Assembly: GCA_963677745.1 (NCBI GenBank)
Contig: OY782391.1
Span: 32,001 to 96,000, forward strand
Direction of reading: 5' to 3'
DNA from: Candidatus Altimarinota bacterium
GTDB taxonomy: Bacteria; Patescibacteriota; Gracilibacteria; UBA1369
Length of the DNA: 64,000 nt
Shown here: piece after piece, positions 9,377-21,413 of the stretch
Position numbering within the stretch: position 1 is the stretch's first letter
Layout of the letters: each line of letters begins with the position of its first letter
The notes under the pieces: model-generated
The model's input: only the letters and a program-made list of their open reading frames with translations
Told to the model about the DNA's origin: nothing
Databases searched by the model: none
Made by a program: the position numbers and the translations under genes

Positions 9377-10763
9377 GAACATGAAAAATATTTCTAATCA
9401 CAAACTACCATTTATTGCCATAGTTGGTAAACCCAATGTGGGTAAATCAAGCCTTTTTAACCGGCTGATCGGCCGGAGAATCGCCATTACCTCCGACGAG
9501 GCGGGAACCACCAGGGACCGTGTCTTTCAGCGCACAATCATTGGCGAATATCCCGTAATCATGGTTGATACCGGAGGACTTGAATATGGCAAGAAAATCA
9601 ATCTTGAAGCTGAAATGCAGCTCCAGGCCAAATTGGCCATCGATGAAGCTGATTTAATTATTTTCCTGGTTGACGGGCGGGAGGAACCGACCGCCGATGA
9701 CGTTGCTACAGCCCAGATTCTGCGCAAACAGTCAAAAAAACTATTGCTGGTTGCCAATAAAATCGACAGCGAGAAAAGTTCCCACAGTCTTTTCTCCTGG
9801 GCTGAACTGGGCTTCGGAGAAGCCGTTTCTATTTCCGTTATCCATAATCTGGGACTGGAAAAGCTGGAGAAAATTATTGTTCAACAGCTGGATTCCGGAA
9901 ACTGGACAAAGTCCGAAGAAGATCTGGATCAGACCACTGATAAATCAATTAAAATCGCCTTGATTGGTCGTCCCAATGCCGGTAAATCCTCTCTGGTCAA
10001 TGCTTTGCTTGGCGAAAAGAGAGTGATAGTTTCGGATATTCCCGGAACTACGCGGGACGCCGTGGATATTGATCTTAAACATCAAAATCAATCTTTTACT
10101 CTTATCGATACTGCCGGCTTGCGTAAAAGGGGAAAAATCGAACCGGGAATCGAAAAATATTCCACTTTCCGCACTATCAACGCCATCGAAAGATCAGACC
10201 TTGTTTGCCTGGTTTTGGATTATTCCCAGGGCATCCGCGCCCAGGATCTGCATATTTCCTCCTACATTCTGGACGCCAAAAAGGGCCTGATAATTCTGAT
10301 CAACAAATACGACTTGATGGAGGAAAAAGAGGAGGAAAAAAACCGCATCGGCCGTATTCTAAAAAACCGTTTTGATTATCTTTCCTGGGCACCGGTACTT
10401 TTTGTGTCGGCCAAGAACCATAAAAACATTGAGCTGATTTACGATACGGCCCAACAGATCTTTGAAGAGAGAAAAAAACAAATCGACCATGAAGATCTGG
10501 TTGATTTTACGCGCGAAGTTTACCATAGACATGCCCCCCCCACCTATGGACGCAAAAAACTGGCATTTTATGATCTGATCCAGATTCCAAGTAGCACTCC
10601 GACCTTCGAGTTTATAGTCAACGATACCGACATTGTTCATTTCTCCTACAGAAGATATCTGGAAAACGCGTTCCGTGAACAATTTGGCTTTCTGGGCACC
10701 TCCCTGATTTTTAATTTCAGGGAAGTTGATAAAAAGACGTCAAGAAACACCCAGCCGCTTTAA
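9375..10763 (+). CDS. der: Ribosome biogenesis GTPase Der (EngA)
   Basis: Tandem G domains (GKPNVGKS, GRPNAGKS) plus a KH-like C-terminus (SYRRYLEN). Confidence 0.97.
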   Translation: MNMKNISNHKLPFIAIVGKPNVGKSSLFNRLIGRRIAITSDEAGTTRDRVFQRTIIGEYPVIMVDTGGLEYGKKINLEAEMQLQAKLAIDEADLIIFLVDGREEPTADDVATAQILRKQSKKLLLVANKIDSEKSSHSLFSWAELGFGEAVSISVIHNLGLEKLEKIIVQQLDSGNWTKSEEDLDQTTDKSIKIALIGRPNAGKSSLVNALLGEKRVIVSDIPGTTRDAVDIDLKHQNQSFTLIDTAGLRKRGKIEPGIEKYSTFRTINAIERSDLVCLVLDYSQGIRAQDLHISSYILDAKKGLIILINKYDLMEEKEEEKNRIGRILKNRFDYLSWAPVLFVSAKNHKNIELIYDTAQQIFEERKKQIDHEDLVDFTREVYHRHAPPTYGRKKLAFYDLIQIPSSTPTFEFIVNDTDIVHFSYRRYLENAFREQFGFLGTSLIFNFREVDKKTSRNTQPL

Positions 10764-11699
10764 TTTTTCCCACCACTGTTTTCTGAAATAATCCCTTTTG
10801 TCCTGATTGTGAAACTTCAATCTTGAACTGCTGATTTCGATTGAGGCACTTTCCGATAATTTTGAGAAGTTTTTATTATGTCTTTTGACAAAATACCTTT
10901 CCAGCCGGTTTTCCAGCCTGTTTCCCACCCCGCCATTAAAAAGAAATTCACAGAATATGGCAAACAGATTTTTACCCGTTTTCGTGTTTGTCCTCTTGAA
11001 AACGGATTTCAGAGGATCGTCAAAGTACAATTTTAACCAATTAATGTTTTTTTCAAAAATCTCCTCGAAAGAATTGCCGTTATCATAGACAGGATAAAGT
11101 CCCAGCATCCAAAAAGACATGTATATGTCCTCTTTATCCAATAAAACCGGCTCCAGATCCAATTCAGAGGCGTTTATGTAAAAACTTAAACAAAACCTGC
11201 CTTTGACGCGTTTTCCGTGCCGTCTTACGCCCAGTAATTGTGTAAAAGCTGTTAGAAAAACTCTGGCCAGGAAAATTCTTCCCGGTTTTGTAACGACCAG
11301 CAAGTCAATATCACTGTCATTTTCCACAACCTTAAACGGAAGATAATTGCAGACCGCCACCATCTCTACAAAGGGGATAGAGCGAAACCACTTACTCCAC
11401 TTACGGCATTTTTCCAGATAATCTTCCGATAATTTGCTTTTAAAAGAATATAGGGTTGTTAAATTCTGCCGGTCTTTTAAATGATATAACTGATTCTGAA
11501 AGCCCAAAATGCCATTTGGTCCCGTCATTTGGTCCAACACCAGGTCCAGATTTGAATTATTGCCGAAAACATATTTATTTATAAACTCCCGGCTGAGAGC
11601 CAGGTCAAAAATGTCAAAATAGGCAATCAATGCAATAATTCTGTTCTCCGGAGACCATTTTGCAGGTTCAAAACCGTTCATCATTTCACTTAATAACAA
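10740..11699 (-). CDS. Nucleotidyltransferase-fold protein
   Basis: IPFVEMVAVC...DSDIDLLVV motif. Confidence 0.65.
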   Translation of the reverse strand: MLLSEMMNGFEPAKWSPENRIIALIAYFDIFDLALSREFINKYVFGNNSNLDLVLDQMTGPNGILGFQNQLYHLKDRQNLTTLYSFKSKLSEDYLEKCRKWSKWFRSIPFVEMVAVCNYLPFKVVENDSDIDLLVVTKPGRIFLARVFLTAFTQLLGVRRHGKRVKGRFCLSFYINASELDLEPVLLDKEDIYMSFWMLGLYPVYDNGNSFEEIFEKNINWLKLYFDDPLKSVFKRTNTKTGKNLFAIFCEFLFNGGVGNRLENRLERYFVKRHNKNFSKLSESASIEISSSRLKFHNQDKRDYFRKQWWEKLKRLGVS

Positions 11700-11737
11700 A
11701 GCTATCTTATACTAACAGCAAGTTTAAAATCAAAAAG

Positions 11738-13948
11738 GTGAACAAATACATTGCACATCTGCTGCGCAGCATTCCGCACCGGCCAGGAATATACCGGATG
11801 AAAAACTCGGCAGGGGACATCATTTATATTGGCAAAGCCAAGGATCTTTTCAAGCGAGTCGGCAGTTATTTCAGAATGCTTGACCGGCATTCGCCCAAAA
11901 CACTGAAAATGGTCGAGAATATCGCCGACCTGGATTACACGGTAACCGGCTCTGAACTGGAAGCCTTGATTCTGGAAACCAATCTGATCAAAGAATATCG
12001 TCCCAAATACAATGTTCTCATGAAAGATGATAAGAACTATGCCTACGTCAAAATTACCACATCCGAGGATTATCCCAGAATCATGGTTGTCAGGAAAATT
12101 CTTAACGATCAGGCCAAATATTTCGGGCCAAAAACCAATGCCGGCCAAATTCATGACACTCTTAATATTCTTCGAAAGATTTTCCCTTTTCGCAACTGTA
12201 ATCTGCAAATTGAAGACCTGGGAGCTGCAGACCCGGATGATATCAATAAAAAACGGCTGGTAAAAGTTACCCGTGCCGGCATCAAGTATCCCTGTCTGGA
12301 TTTGCATATCAAGCGCTGTCTGGCACCCTGCGTCGGGAAACCAACCGAAGAAGAATACCGCGAAATAATCAACAAAATCATTGATCTGCTGGAAGGGAAA
12401 TACCAGGAAATCGTGGCACAGTTAAAGCATGATATGCAACGGGCGGCCATGGACAAAAAATTTGAACAGGCGGCAAGGCTGCGTGACAATATACTGGCAA
12501 TTGAGAGTATCTATCAAAATCAGCTGGTAAGCAGCCCCGACCGGTCTCAGGCTGACATTATCAATTACTATCCTCTGGAAAACATGGCCTATTTCAATGT
12601 TTTTCAGATCAGGGAGGGAAAACTTATCGATCAGCAAAATCTGATCATAAAAATACCTCCACTGGAAAAAAGCGTTGCCGACATTCTTCAGGCTTTCCTT
12701 CAAAATTTCTACTCAGATAATGCGGATATTCCAGCTGAAATACTCTTGCCCGGCGAACTGATCGAGCACGGTTTGTTTGAAAACTGGCTGACTAAAATAT
12801 CAGGTCACAAAATCAAAATATTATATCCTCAAAAAGGCAAAAAAGACCGCCTGCTTGATCTGTCGTTGGAAAACGCTTTCAGTTTTGCCAGGCAGTCGCG
12901 AGCCAAATGGGAAGGGAAAATAAGTGAAAACCGAGAAGAAGGTTTGGATAACCTGGGACAAATTTTAGGACTGCCCAACCTTCCCAGGAGGATTGAATGT
13001 TATGACATTTCCCACCTGGGTGGAACCAATACGGTCGCCTCCATGGTAGTGTTTGAAAAAGGATATCCAAAAACCGACCAATACCGTCACTTTAAAATCG
13101 GTCTGGAAACAGCCGGCCACCCCGATGATTTTAAAAGCATGAGAGAAGTGCTGTTCCGCCGCCTGAAATATCTCAAACCGTCGCTTGACGGCAAACTCGT
13201 CACACTCAAAAAAAACGGTGACAAATACGCAATTAAATCGGATAAAAAATTATTGCTGGAATTTTCGGTACAGAATTATACCAAACTAAAAACATATATC
13301 TCCGCTTTTAAACTTCCCTCCGCCAATTGGGAAGAAATTATTGACAAAATTATCAATAAATTCGACAGCAAACGCATTTATTTCCAGATCAGTCTCAAAC
13401 AGGTCAAAAAACTAGAAAAAATGGGTTTGCAAAAAGTGCAAATCGCCATTCCCGATTTTCCAGCACTGCCCAACAGAGAAGTGATGGTTTACGACAAAAC
13501 CCGCCATTTCAAAGATCAGTCTTTTTCAAAAACCCCCGATCTGATAGTAATTGACGGTGGAAAAGGACAGCTGACCTATGCCGTGAGAGCTCTGGAAGAA
13601 TTTCAGATAAAAATTCCGGTCATGTCTTTGGCCAAAAGGGAAGAAGAATTTTTCCTGCCCGGTCGTAAAGACTCCATAAAACTTGATCAAACCAATCCCG
13701 CCCGTCTGCTTGTCCAGCACTTGAGGGATGAAGCACATCGTTTTGCCATTGAATACAATAGAAAATTAAGGAAAAAAGACTATACTGTCTCCGAACTGGA
13801 AAAAGTGCCGGGAATCGGCAAGAAAACTACTCAGCTGTTACTGAAAAAGTTCGGATCGCTGGAAAATATCAAAACTCTTCCCGCTGAAACAATCTCCGAA
13901 GTCGTGGGCACCAAAATATCGCTTAAAATTAAATCATTTTTCAACTGA
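11738..13948 (+). CDS. uvrC: Excinuclease ABC subunit C, with internal insertion
   Basis: GIY-YIG, UVR, RIECYDISH, PDLIVIDGGKGQL, RDEAHRFA and HhH motifs; GTG start at 11738. Confidence 0.96.
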   Translation: MNKYIAHLLRSIPHRPGIYRMKNSAGDIIYIGKAKDLFKRVGSYFRMLDRHSPKTLKMVENIADLDYTVTGSELEALILETNLIKEYRPKYNVLMKDDKNYAYVKITTSEDYPRIMVVRKILNDQAKYFGPKTNAGQIHDTLNILRKIFPFRNCNLQIEDLGAADPDDINKKRLVKVTRAGIKYPCLDLHIKRCLAPCVGKPTEEEYREIINKIIDLLEGKYQEIVAQLKHDMQRAAMDKKFEQAARLRDNILAIESIYQNQLVSSPDRSQADIINYYPLENMAYFNVFQIREGKLIDQQNLIIKIPPLEKSVADILQAFLQNFYSDNADIPAEILLPGELIEHGLFENWLTKISGHKIKILYPQKGKKDRLLDLSLENAFSFARQSRAKWEGKISENREEGLDNLGQILGLPNLPRRIECYDISHLGGTNTVASMVVFEKGYPKTDQYRHFKIGLETAGHPDDFKSMREVLFRRLKYLKPSLDGKLVTLKKNGDKYAIKSDKKLLLEFSVQNYTKLKTYISAFKLPSANWEEIIDKIINKFDSKRIYFQISLKQVKKLEKMGLQKVQIAIPDFPALPNREVMVYDKTRHFKDQSFSKTPDLIVIDGGKGQLTYAVRALEEFQIKIPVMSLAKREEEFFLPGRKDSIKLDQTNPARLLVQHLRDEAHRFAIEYNRKLRKKDYTVSELEKVPGIGKKTTQLLLKKFGSLENIKTLPAETISEVVGTKISLKIKSFFN

Positions 13949-13951
13949 ACC

Positions 13952-15055
13952 ATGGATCTGACCCAATTATTACTGATTTTGCTTGTTATATCGGTAGGTT
14001 TTCTGATTTATTGGATGACCAAAAAGCCGGCTGCGTCCGAAAATCCCAGCGACAAACTCTTTCTGGATCTTCTGGAGAATCTGCGCCGCGAAATGCGAGA
14101 TTATTCTTCTCTTACCCGGCAGGAAGTCGGCTCACAGCTGGAAAAGGTCAATGAACAGCTAAACCGCGGTATTCTGGAGAATTCCAAATCTATTCAGTCG
14201 CAATTCAAGCAAACCAACGAAATTACCAATCAAATTTCCAGTCAGCTGGCCAAAATCGACGCGACCAACAAACAGGTTGTAAATTTTGCCGAACAGATGA
14301 AATCACTGGAAAACATCCTTAAAAACCCCAAGCAGAGAGGAATTTTGGGGGAATACTTTCTGGAAACACTGCTGGCCAATATTCTCCCCCCCAATGCCTA
14401 TCAGATGCAGTATCCGTTCAAAAACAGTGAAATTATCGTAGACGCCGTAATCTTTTTCAAAGATCTTATTATCCCCGTAGATTCCAAATTTTCCCTGGAA
14501 AAATACAACCGGATTATGGAGGAAAACGACACGGTACAGCGGGAAAAACTGGAAAAGGAATTTAAAAACGACGTCAAGAAGCGTATCGATGAAACCAGCA
14601 AATACATCCGGCCCAACGACGGAACAACCAATTTTGCCTTTATGTTCATCCCGGCTGAAGGAATTTACTACAACCTCCTGATCTATAAACAGGGAAACAT
14701 TGATTTGAATTCACAAAACCTGATCGAATACGCCTTCGACAAACATGTCATTATTGTTTCTCCGACCTCCTTTTACGCCTATCTGCAGACAGTAATGCAG
14801 GGACTCAAGAGCGTTGAGCTGGAAAAAAACATCCAGGAAGTGGTGAAACGTGTCGGTGAACTAAGCCGTCATCTCAACGCCTATCAGACTTACATGCAGA
14901 AACTGGGAAACAATCTTGGTACGACCGTGAATATGTATAACAGCGCTACCAAAGAATTTTCGAAAATCGATAAGGATGTCGTAAAAATCACGGCAGGGGA
15001 ATCAACCATCAATGTTGAGCTTGATCAGCTTGAGAAACCGGCATTTTCAGAATAG
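13952..15055 (+). CDS. rmuC: DNA recombination protein RmuC
   Basis: N-terminal TM, RG.LGE, VDSKF, KYIRP, FAFMFIPAEG and VSPT motifs. Confidence 0.93.
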   Translation: MDLTQLLLILLVISVGFLIYWMTKKPAASENPSDKLFLDLLENLRREMRDYSSLTRQEVGSQLEKVNEQLNRGILENSKSIQSQFKQTNEITNQISSQLAKIDATNKQVVNFAEQMKSLENILKNPKQRGILGEYFLETLLANILPPNAYQMQYPFKNSEIIVDAVIFFKDLIIPVDSKFSLEKYNRIMEENDTVQREKLEKEFKNDVKKRIDETSKYIRPNDGTTNFAFMFIPAEGIYYNLLIYKQGNIDLNSQNLIEYAFDKHVIIVSPTSFYAYLQTVMQGLKSVELEKNIQEVVKRVGELSRHLNAYQTYMQKLGNNLGTTVNMYNSATKEFSKIDKDVVKITAGESTINVELDQLEKPAFSE

Positions 15056-15644
15056 CCATAATCTGATCTTCTCCAATAGCACCTTTCCTGAGTATTTTCG
15101 GCTCATCGCCGGTGCAATCTACGATGGTCGACTCAATACCGAATTGACAATCACCGCCGTCAACAATTCCCGCGATCGGAAGACCTTTTAGTGATTCAGC
15201 GGCCTGCTCGGCGTTTCTTGGACTTTTTTGTCCTGAAATATTGGCGGAAGGCACAGCCAAAGGTTGTCCGACTTTTCTGATTATCTCCAGTGTCAGTTGA
15301 TGATTTGGCATTCTGACCCCAATCGTGCTTCCACCTGCTGACAGAATCGAACTGACGGAAGCCTTTTTACTTAAAACCAATGAAACCGGCCCTGGCCAAA
15401 ATTTATCAATAATTTTCTCGGCGGCGGACGGTATGGTTTTAACGATTTTCCTCACCATTTGAAGGTCTGAAACCTGCATCATGATCGGTTTTCCGGCCGG
15501 GCGGCCTTTTACCTCGTACAGATTTTTTATGGCCTGTTCGTTTAAACCGTCCGCCGCCAGACCGTAGACGGTCTCAGTGGGAACAATCACCAATTCGCCG
15601 TTTTTTAAAGCCTTGACCGCTTCATCTACTGTCAGCCTCTTCAT
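15009..15644 (-). CDS. tsaC: L-threonylcarbamoyladenylate synthase (YrdC/Sua5 domain)
   Basis: PTETVYGL, KGRP, WPGP, SANISG and STIVD motifs. Confidence 0.92.
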   Translation of the reverse strand: MKRLTVDEAVKALKNGELVIVPTETVYGLAADGLNEQAIKNLYEVKGRPAGKPIMMQVSDLQMVRKIVKTIPSAAEKIIDKFWPGPVSLVLSKKASVSSILSAGGSTIGVRMPNHQLTLEIIRKVGQPLAVPSANISGQKSPRNAEQAAESLKGLPIAGIVDGGDCQFGIESTIVDCTGDEPKILRKGAIGEDQIMAILKMPVSQADQAQH

Positions 15645-15695
15645 TGCTGAAATTTAATAAAATAATTCCTGTTCAGGAATTTACTTATGTAATAT

Positions 15696-17234
<1,539 letters not shown>

Positions 17235-17245
17235 CCAATAAATCT

Positions 17246-17824
17246 ATGATTCTGATTGTCGGCCTGGGCAACCCGGGTGAAAAATACGCTAAGACACGAC
17301 ACAATGTGGGATTTATACTTGTTGATTCTCTGGCCTTCAAGTATCAGGCTGAATTTAAATATGAAAAAAAATTTAATGCTGAAATTGCCGAAATCAAAGC
17401 AGGAGATTTGGGCAAAGATCAAATCTTTTTGGTAAAACCCCACACCTTTATGAACAATTCCGGGGATGCCGTACAAAAGATTGCCGCATTTTACAAAATC
17501 CCCACTTCGGACATTTGGCTGATTCATGATGAACTGGATCTGCCGTTGGGGGACTTGCGCATCAGAAAAAACGGAGGACCCGGTACCCATAACGGCCTCA
17601 AGTCAGTTATTGCGCAACTAGGTGAGAATCTTCCCCGTTTCCGCATCGGTATTGAGAGCAGGGGAACAACCGCTTCTCAGTTGCAGGACACCGCTTCCTT
17701 TGTTTTAAGCGAATTTTTCGGACAGGAGAGGGAAACGATAGTTCAGGGACTTGATAAAGCTCTTAAAGCAGTTGAAACCGCCCTTAAAGAGGGCCTCGAA
17801 ACAGCCATGAACAAATTTAATTAA
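17246..17824 (+). CDS. pth: Peptidyl-tRNA hydrolase
   Basis: GLGNPG..Y..TRHNVG, HDELD and HNGLKS motifs. Confidence 0.97.
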   Translation: MILIVGLGNPGEKYAKTRHNVGFILVDSLAFKYQAEFKYEKKFNAEIAEIKAGDLGKDQIFLVKPHTFMNNSGDAVQKIAAFYKIPTSDIWLIHDELDLPLGDLRIRKNGGPGTHNGLKSVIAQLGENLPRFRIGIESRGTTASQLQDTASFVLSEFFGQERETIVQGLDKALKAVETALKEGLETAMNKFN

Positions 17825-17888
17825 TCTTGCATTGAAATACTAATTCTATTAAACTCGCACCGCCAAAGAATCAAATAATCTTATCAAC

Positions 17889-18197
17889 ATGATAGCCATA
17901 GTGGAAATTGCCGGAAAACAATATAAAGTTGCTCCCAAAAGCCAGATACAGGTGGATTTACTGGAAGGCAAAGACGGGGATGAAATAAATATTGATAAAG
18001 TTCTTCTGAAATCCGATGATGACGGTAAAAACTGCCAGGTCGGCCAACCCTATACCGGTGACTCAATCAAGGCCAAAATCATTGAACATGTCAAAGGCGA
18101 CAAAGTCAGAGTATTCAAGTTCAAGCCAAAAACACGTTACGCCAAGACCCAGGGACATCGCCAGAACTATTCCATAATTGAACTTGAAAACTTCTAA
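17889..18197 (+). CDS. rplU: 50S ribosomal protein L21
   Basis: AIVEIAGKQYKV...GHRQ. Confidence 0.96.
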   Translation: MIAIVEIAGKQYKVAPKSQIQVDLLEGKDGDEINIDKVLLKSDDDGKNCQVGQPYTGDSIKAKIIEHVKGDKVRVFKFKPKTRYAKTQGHRQNYSIIELENF

Positions 18198-19165
18198 TTA
18201 TCGGTTTTAAATTTCTCCAGGCCAGAAAGAACACGATTTAAATCAGAGGGTAGACCGATTTCCAGGTCTACCTTTTTTTTGCTCTCCGGATGCGTGAAAG
18301 ACAAACTGTAGGCGTGCAGAAACTGTCTGGACAAACCTAATTTATCCTTGAAAACCTGATTCAGCTTGTCATTACCATAGAGTTTATCTCCGATTAAGGC
18401 ATGTTTGACAGACTGGAAATGGACACGTATCTGATGGGTTCTTCCTGTGTGCAGATTGATTTCCACCAGCGTAAAATCGCCCCAATTGGTACGATACCGG
18501 CTTCTTACGTTAAATTCGGTATTAGCCTCCTTGGCATTAATCCCGTCAACCGCTCTTTTCTTTCTGTGTAAGGGGTGTCTGCCCAGTGCCGCCAAAATCT
18601 GCCCCTGGTCTTCTTTAATATTCCCGGTTACCAGAGCCAGATATTTCTTGGTTATTTTCCTGTTTTTAAACTGATCGGACAAATCCTTGTGTACCAGATC
18701 TGTTTTGGCGATTACAATCAGTCCTGAAGTGTCTTTGTCCAATCTGTGAACTATTCCCGGCCTCATCACGCCCCCGATACCCTTCAATCCTTCTCCAACA
18801 TGGGAAAGTACTGCATTGACCAAGCTTTTTCCCATAAATTTGCCCTGTTCTGCCGGATGCACAACCACCCCCGCCTCCTTGTTCACCACCAGCAGCCACT
18901 GATCCTCATATATAACCTCCAGAGGCAGATCGATAGGCTCTATATCCATTTTAACCGGCGCAGGATAGTCCACATCAATGAATTCCCCCTCGGTTACGTG
19001 ATAACTTGGTTTTAAGATCTTTTTACCGCAGCTGACTCTCTTGTCATCCAGTAATTTCTGCAAATACTGTCTGGAAAGATCCTTTTCCAGAATAGCCAGA
19101 GCGACATCCACTCTTTTCCCCTCCAGCTCCTGTCCGATTTTATACTTTCGTCTTTCCGCAAACAT
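18194..19165 (-). CDS. RluA/RluD-family pseudouridine synthase
   Basis: S4 domain, HRLDKDTSG, TGRTHQIRVH and LHAY.L.F.HP motifs. Confidence 0.93.
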   Translation of the reverse strand: MFAERRKYKIGQELEGKRVDVALAILEKDLSRQYLQKLLDDKRVSCGKKILKPSYHVTEGEFIDVDYPAPVKMDIEPIDLPLEVIYEDQWLLVVNKEAGVVVHPAEQGKFMGKSLVNAVLSHVGEGLKGIGGVMRPGIVHRLDKDTSGLIVIAKTDLVHKDLSDQFKNRKITKKYLALVTGNIKEDQGQILAALGRHPLHRKKRAVDGINAKEANTEFNVRSRYRTNWGDFTLVEINLHTGRTHQIRVHFQSVKHALIGDKLYGNDKLNQVFKDKLGLSRQFLHAYSLSFTHPESKKKVDLEIGLPSDLNRVLSGLEKFKTDN

Positions 19166-19231
19166 AAATTTCCAATATATTAATTCTGGTATAAGATAGC
19201 CTCAAACTTATAAATATCCAACTAAATTCCT

Positions 19232-20428
19232 ATGGCAGTAGATAAAGAACTGGTCAAAAGAATCCTAAGTCGCAATGTATCCGATATAGTCGTAAAAAGT
19301 GAGCTGGAAAAGAAACTTCTCTCGGGGAAAAAATTGCGAATCAAATTCGGCATTGATCCTACCGGCTCGTTTTTGACTTTGGGACATATGGTGGTAATCA
19401 AAAAACTTCGCGAATTTCAGCAGGCCGGACATGAAATATTTCTGCTGTTCGGTAACTTTACCGCTCAGATTGGCGATCCGTCGGGCAAATCAGAGTCCAG
19501 AAAACCTCTGACCCAGGAACAGGTTGAGGACAATGCCCGTACCTACCTGGAACAGGTTGGAAAAGTACTGGATCTGAAGAACGTCGAAGTTGTCTGGAAT
19601 GCCGACTGGCTGGGAAAATTCCGTTTTGCCGATGTGCTGAGACTGGCCTCCAGCTTTACCGTTGCACAAATGCTGGAACGCGATATGTTTCAGGACCGGA
19701 TCAAAAACAATTTGCCGATCGGACTGCACGAATTCCTTTATCCGTTAATGCAGGGCTATGATTCGGTAGCCCTGAAAGCCGATGTCGAGCTGGGAGGCAA
19801 CGACCAGATGTTCAATATGATGGCAGCCCGGCCTCTTCAAAAAGCCGAAGATCAGCAGCCCCAATCCGTAATGACCATGAAAATCCTAATCGGCACGGAT
19901 GGCGTGAAGAAAATGGGAAAAAGCGAACATAACTTTATTGCTGTTCTCGACAGTCCAAAAGATATGTTTGGCAAAATAATGTCCATACCCGACCACCTGC
20001 TGCTGCAATATTTCGAAATGTGCACCGATCTGGAGGAAAAGGACCTTAAAGCTATAGGGAAACGGCTTCAGGACGGTGAAAATCCACGCGATCTAAAAGT
20101 GGAACTGGGCAAAAATATTGTCACACAGTATCACAACTCTGCTGCCGCGGAAGAAGTGGCCGGAGAATTCTTTAACGTCTTTAGCAAAAAAGGCCTGCCG
20201 GATGATCTGGAAACCATCATAATCCCTGATCAGTCGGCCAATTTAATTGATTTATTGTTAAGTCACCAGCTGGTTTCGTCAAAAAGCGAAGTCCGGCGTC
20301 TGATTGACGGTGGAGGTTTAAAGGTAGACCAGAACAAGATTTCGGATTATAATTTCATCTTGAAACTGGATCAGGACAAGATTGTACAAATTGGCAAAAG
20401 AAAATTTATAAAATTTAAGTCCGCTTAA
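19232..20428 (+). CDS. tyrS: Tyrosine--tRNA ligase
   Basis: GIDPT, YPLMQGYDS, ELGG.DQ and KMGKS motifs; S4-like C-terminus. Confidence 0.96.
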   Translation: MAVDKELVKRILSRNVSDIVVKSELEKKLLSGKKLRIKFGIDPTGSFLTLGHMVVIKKLREFQQAGHEIFLLFGNFTAQIGDPSGKSESRKPLTQEQVEDNARTYLEQVGKVLDLKNVEVVWNADWLGKFRFADVLRLASSFTVAQMLERDMFQDRIKNNLPIGLHEFLYPLMQGYDSVALKADVELGGNDQMFNMMAARPLQKAEDQQPQSVMTMKILIGTDGVKKMGKSEHNFIAVLDSPKDMFGKIMSIPDHLLLQYFEMCTDLEEKDLKAIGKRLQDGENPRDLKVELGKNIVTQYHNSAAAEEVAGEFFNVFSKKGLPDDLETIIIPDQSANLIDLLLSHQLVSSKSEVRRLIDGGGLKVDQNKISDYNFILKLDQDKIVQIGKRKFIKFKSA

Positions 20429-20429
20429 A

Positions 20430-21401
20430 TTGAAGGTCAAGGAAATTAAAAATCTGTTCTCCCTGCAAACCCTGCAAAAAATCCAGGATAATTATTCGAC
20501 AGCCCTGGGTATTCCCATTTACATTAAAAATTCCGAAGGTAAAGTGGTGACAAAACCAACCAATCCCGGCAAGCTTTGGGAATTAATCCATAAAGTAAGT
20601 TCTACCGAAAATTCATTTTCCGACCAGCTCCAGGCGGCCATCGAGAAATGCAACCGCACCGGACAGATAGTGCTTTTCGAAAGATTCCCGGACGCACAAA
20701 CCTTCCTGGCGCCTATCTATGCCAACGGGAAAATTGTTGCCTATTTTATCGGGGGACTGGTTAGATTCGGCAACCCAAACCTCGAAACAGCGGAAAAACA
20801 GGCCGGCCTTTTGGGAATCAGTATCGATCTTTATCTGGACGCTTATCTCAGTCTGCCCTTTTTCACCCGTGAACGGCTGGAAGCTTCCGCCAATCTGATC
20901 AAAATTATCGGCAGTACAATCTATAATCTTGAAAATCAGGGAGTTGAAATCAAAGAGCTGAATCAAACTATCCAGGAAAAAAACTCCGAGCTCTCCAGAA
21001 ATCTGGAGCTGACCAAAGTTCTTTTACAAACAACCGAAAACCGCTACAAACAACTTTTTGATACCGTTAATGACGGAATATATGTTTCAGACCTGGAAAC
21101 TGAAATATTTCTGGATATCAATCCCGCCGGAGCCAAGATTCTGGGGTATCAGAGTCCGGCCGACATCATTGGCAAAAACATCCGCAATCTCTATGCCTTC
21201 CCCAAAGACAGGGATAATTTTACCAATATTCTCAAGTCCAAGAAAAGTATTCATAACTGGGTAGCACATATCATAACTCCCAATGGCGAAGAACGTTATG
21301 TGGAGACAAATGCCACCATTATTACTGATCAGAAAACCAAAAAATCCTTGATTCAGGGTATTTTCCGCGACCTGAACCTTCGCCATCACCGCCCACTCTA
21401 A
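20430..21401 (+). CDS. PocR sensory domain + PAS domain protein
   Basis: LQKIQD..S.ALGI and APIY.NG...AYFIGG (PocR), a coiled coil, then RYKQLFD...DGI...IFRD (PAS). Confidence 0.7.
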   Translation: MKVKEIKNLFSLQTLQKIQDNYSTALGIPIYIKNSEGKVVTKPTNPGKLWELIHKVSSTENSFSDQLQAAIEKCNRTGQIVLFERFPDAQTFLAPIYANGKIVAYFIGGLVRFGNPNLETAEKQAGLLGISIDLYLDAYLSLPFFTRERLEASANLIKIIGSTIYNLENQGVEIKELNQTIQEKNSELSRNLELTKVLLQTTENRYKQLFDTVNDGIYVSDLETEIFLDINPAGAKILGYQSPADIIGKNIRNLYAFPKDRDNFTNILKSKKSIHNWVAHIITPNGEERYVETNATIITDQKTKKSLIQGIFRDLNLRHHRPL

Positions 21402-21413
21402 TCAGCTTTTAAA

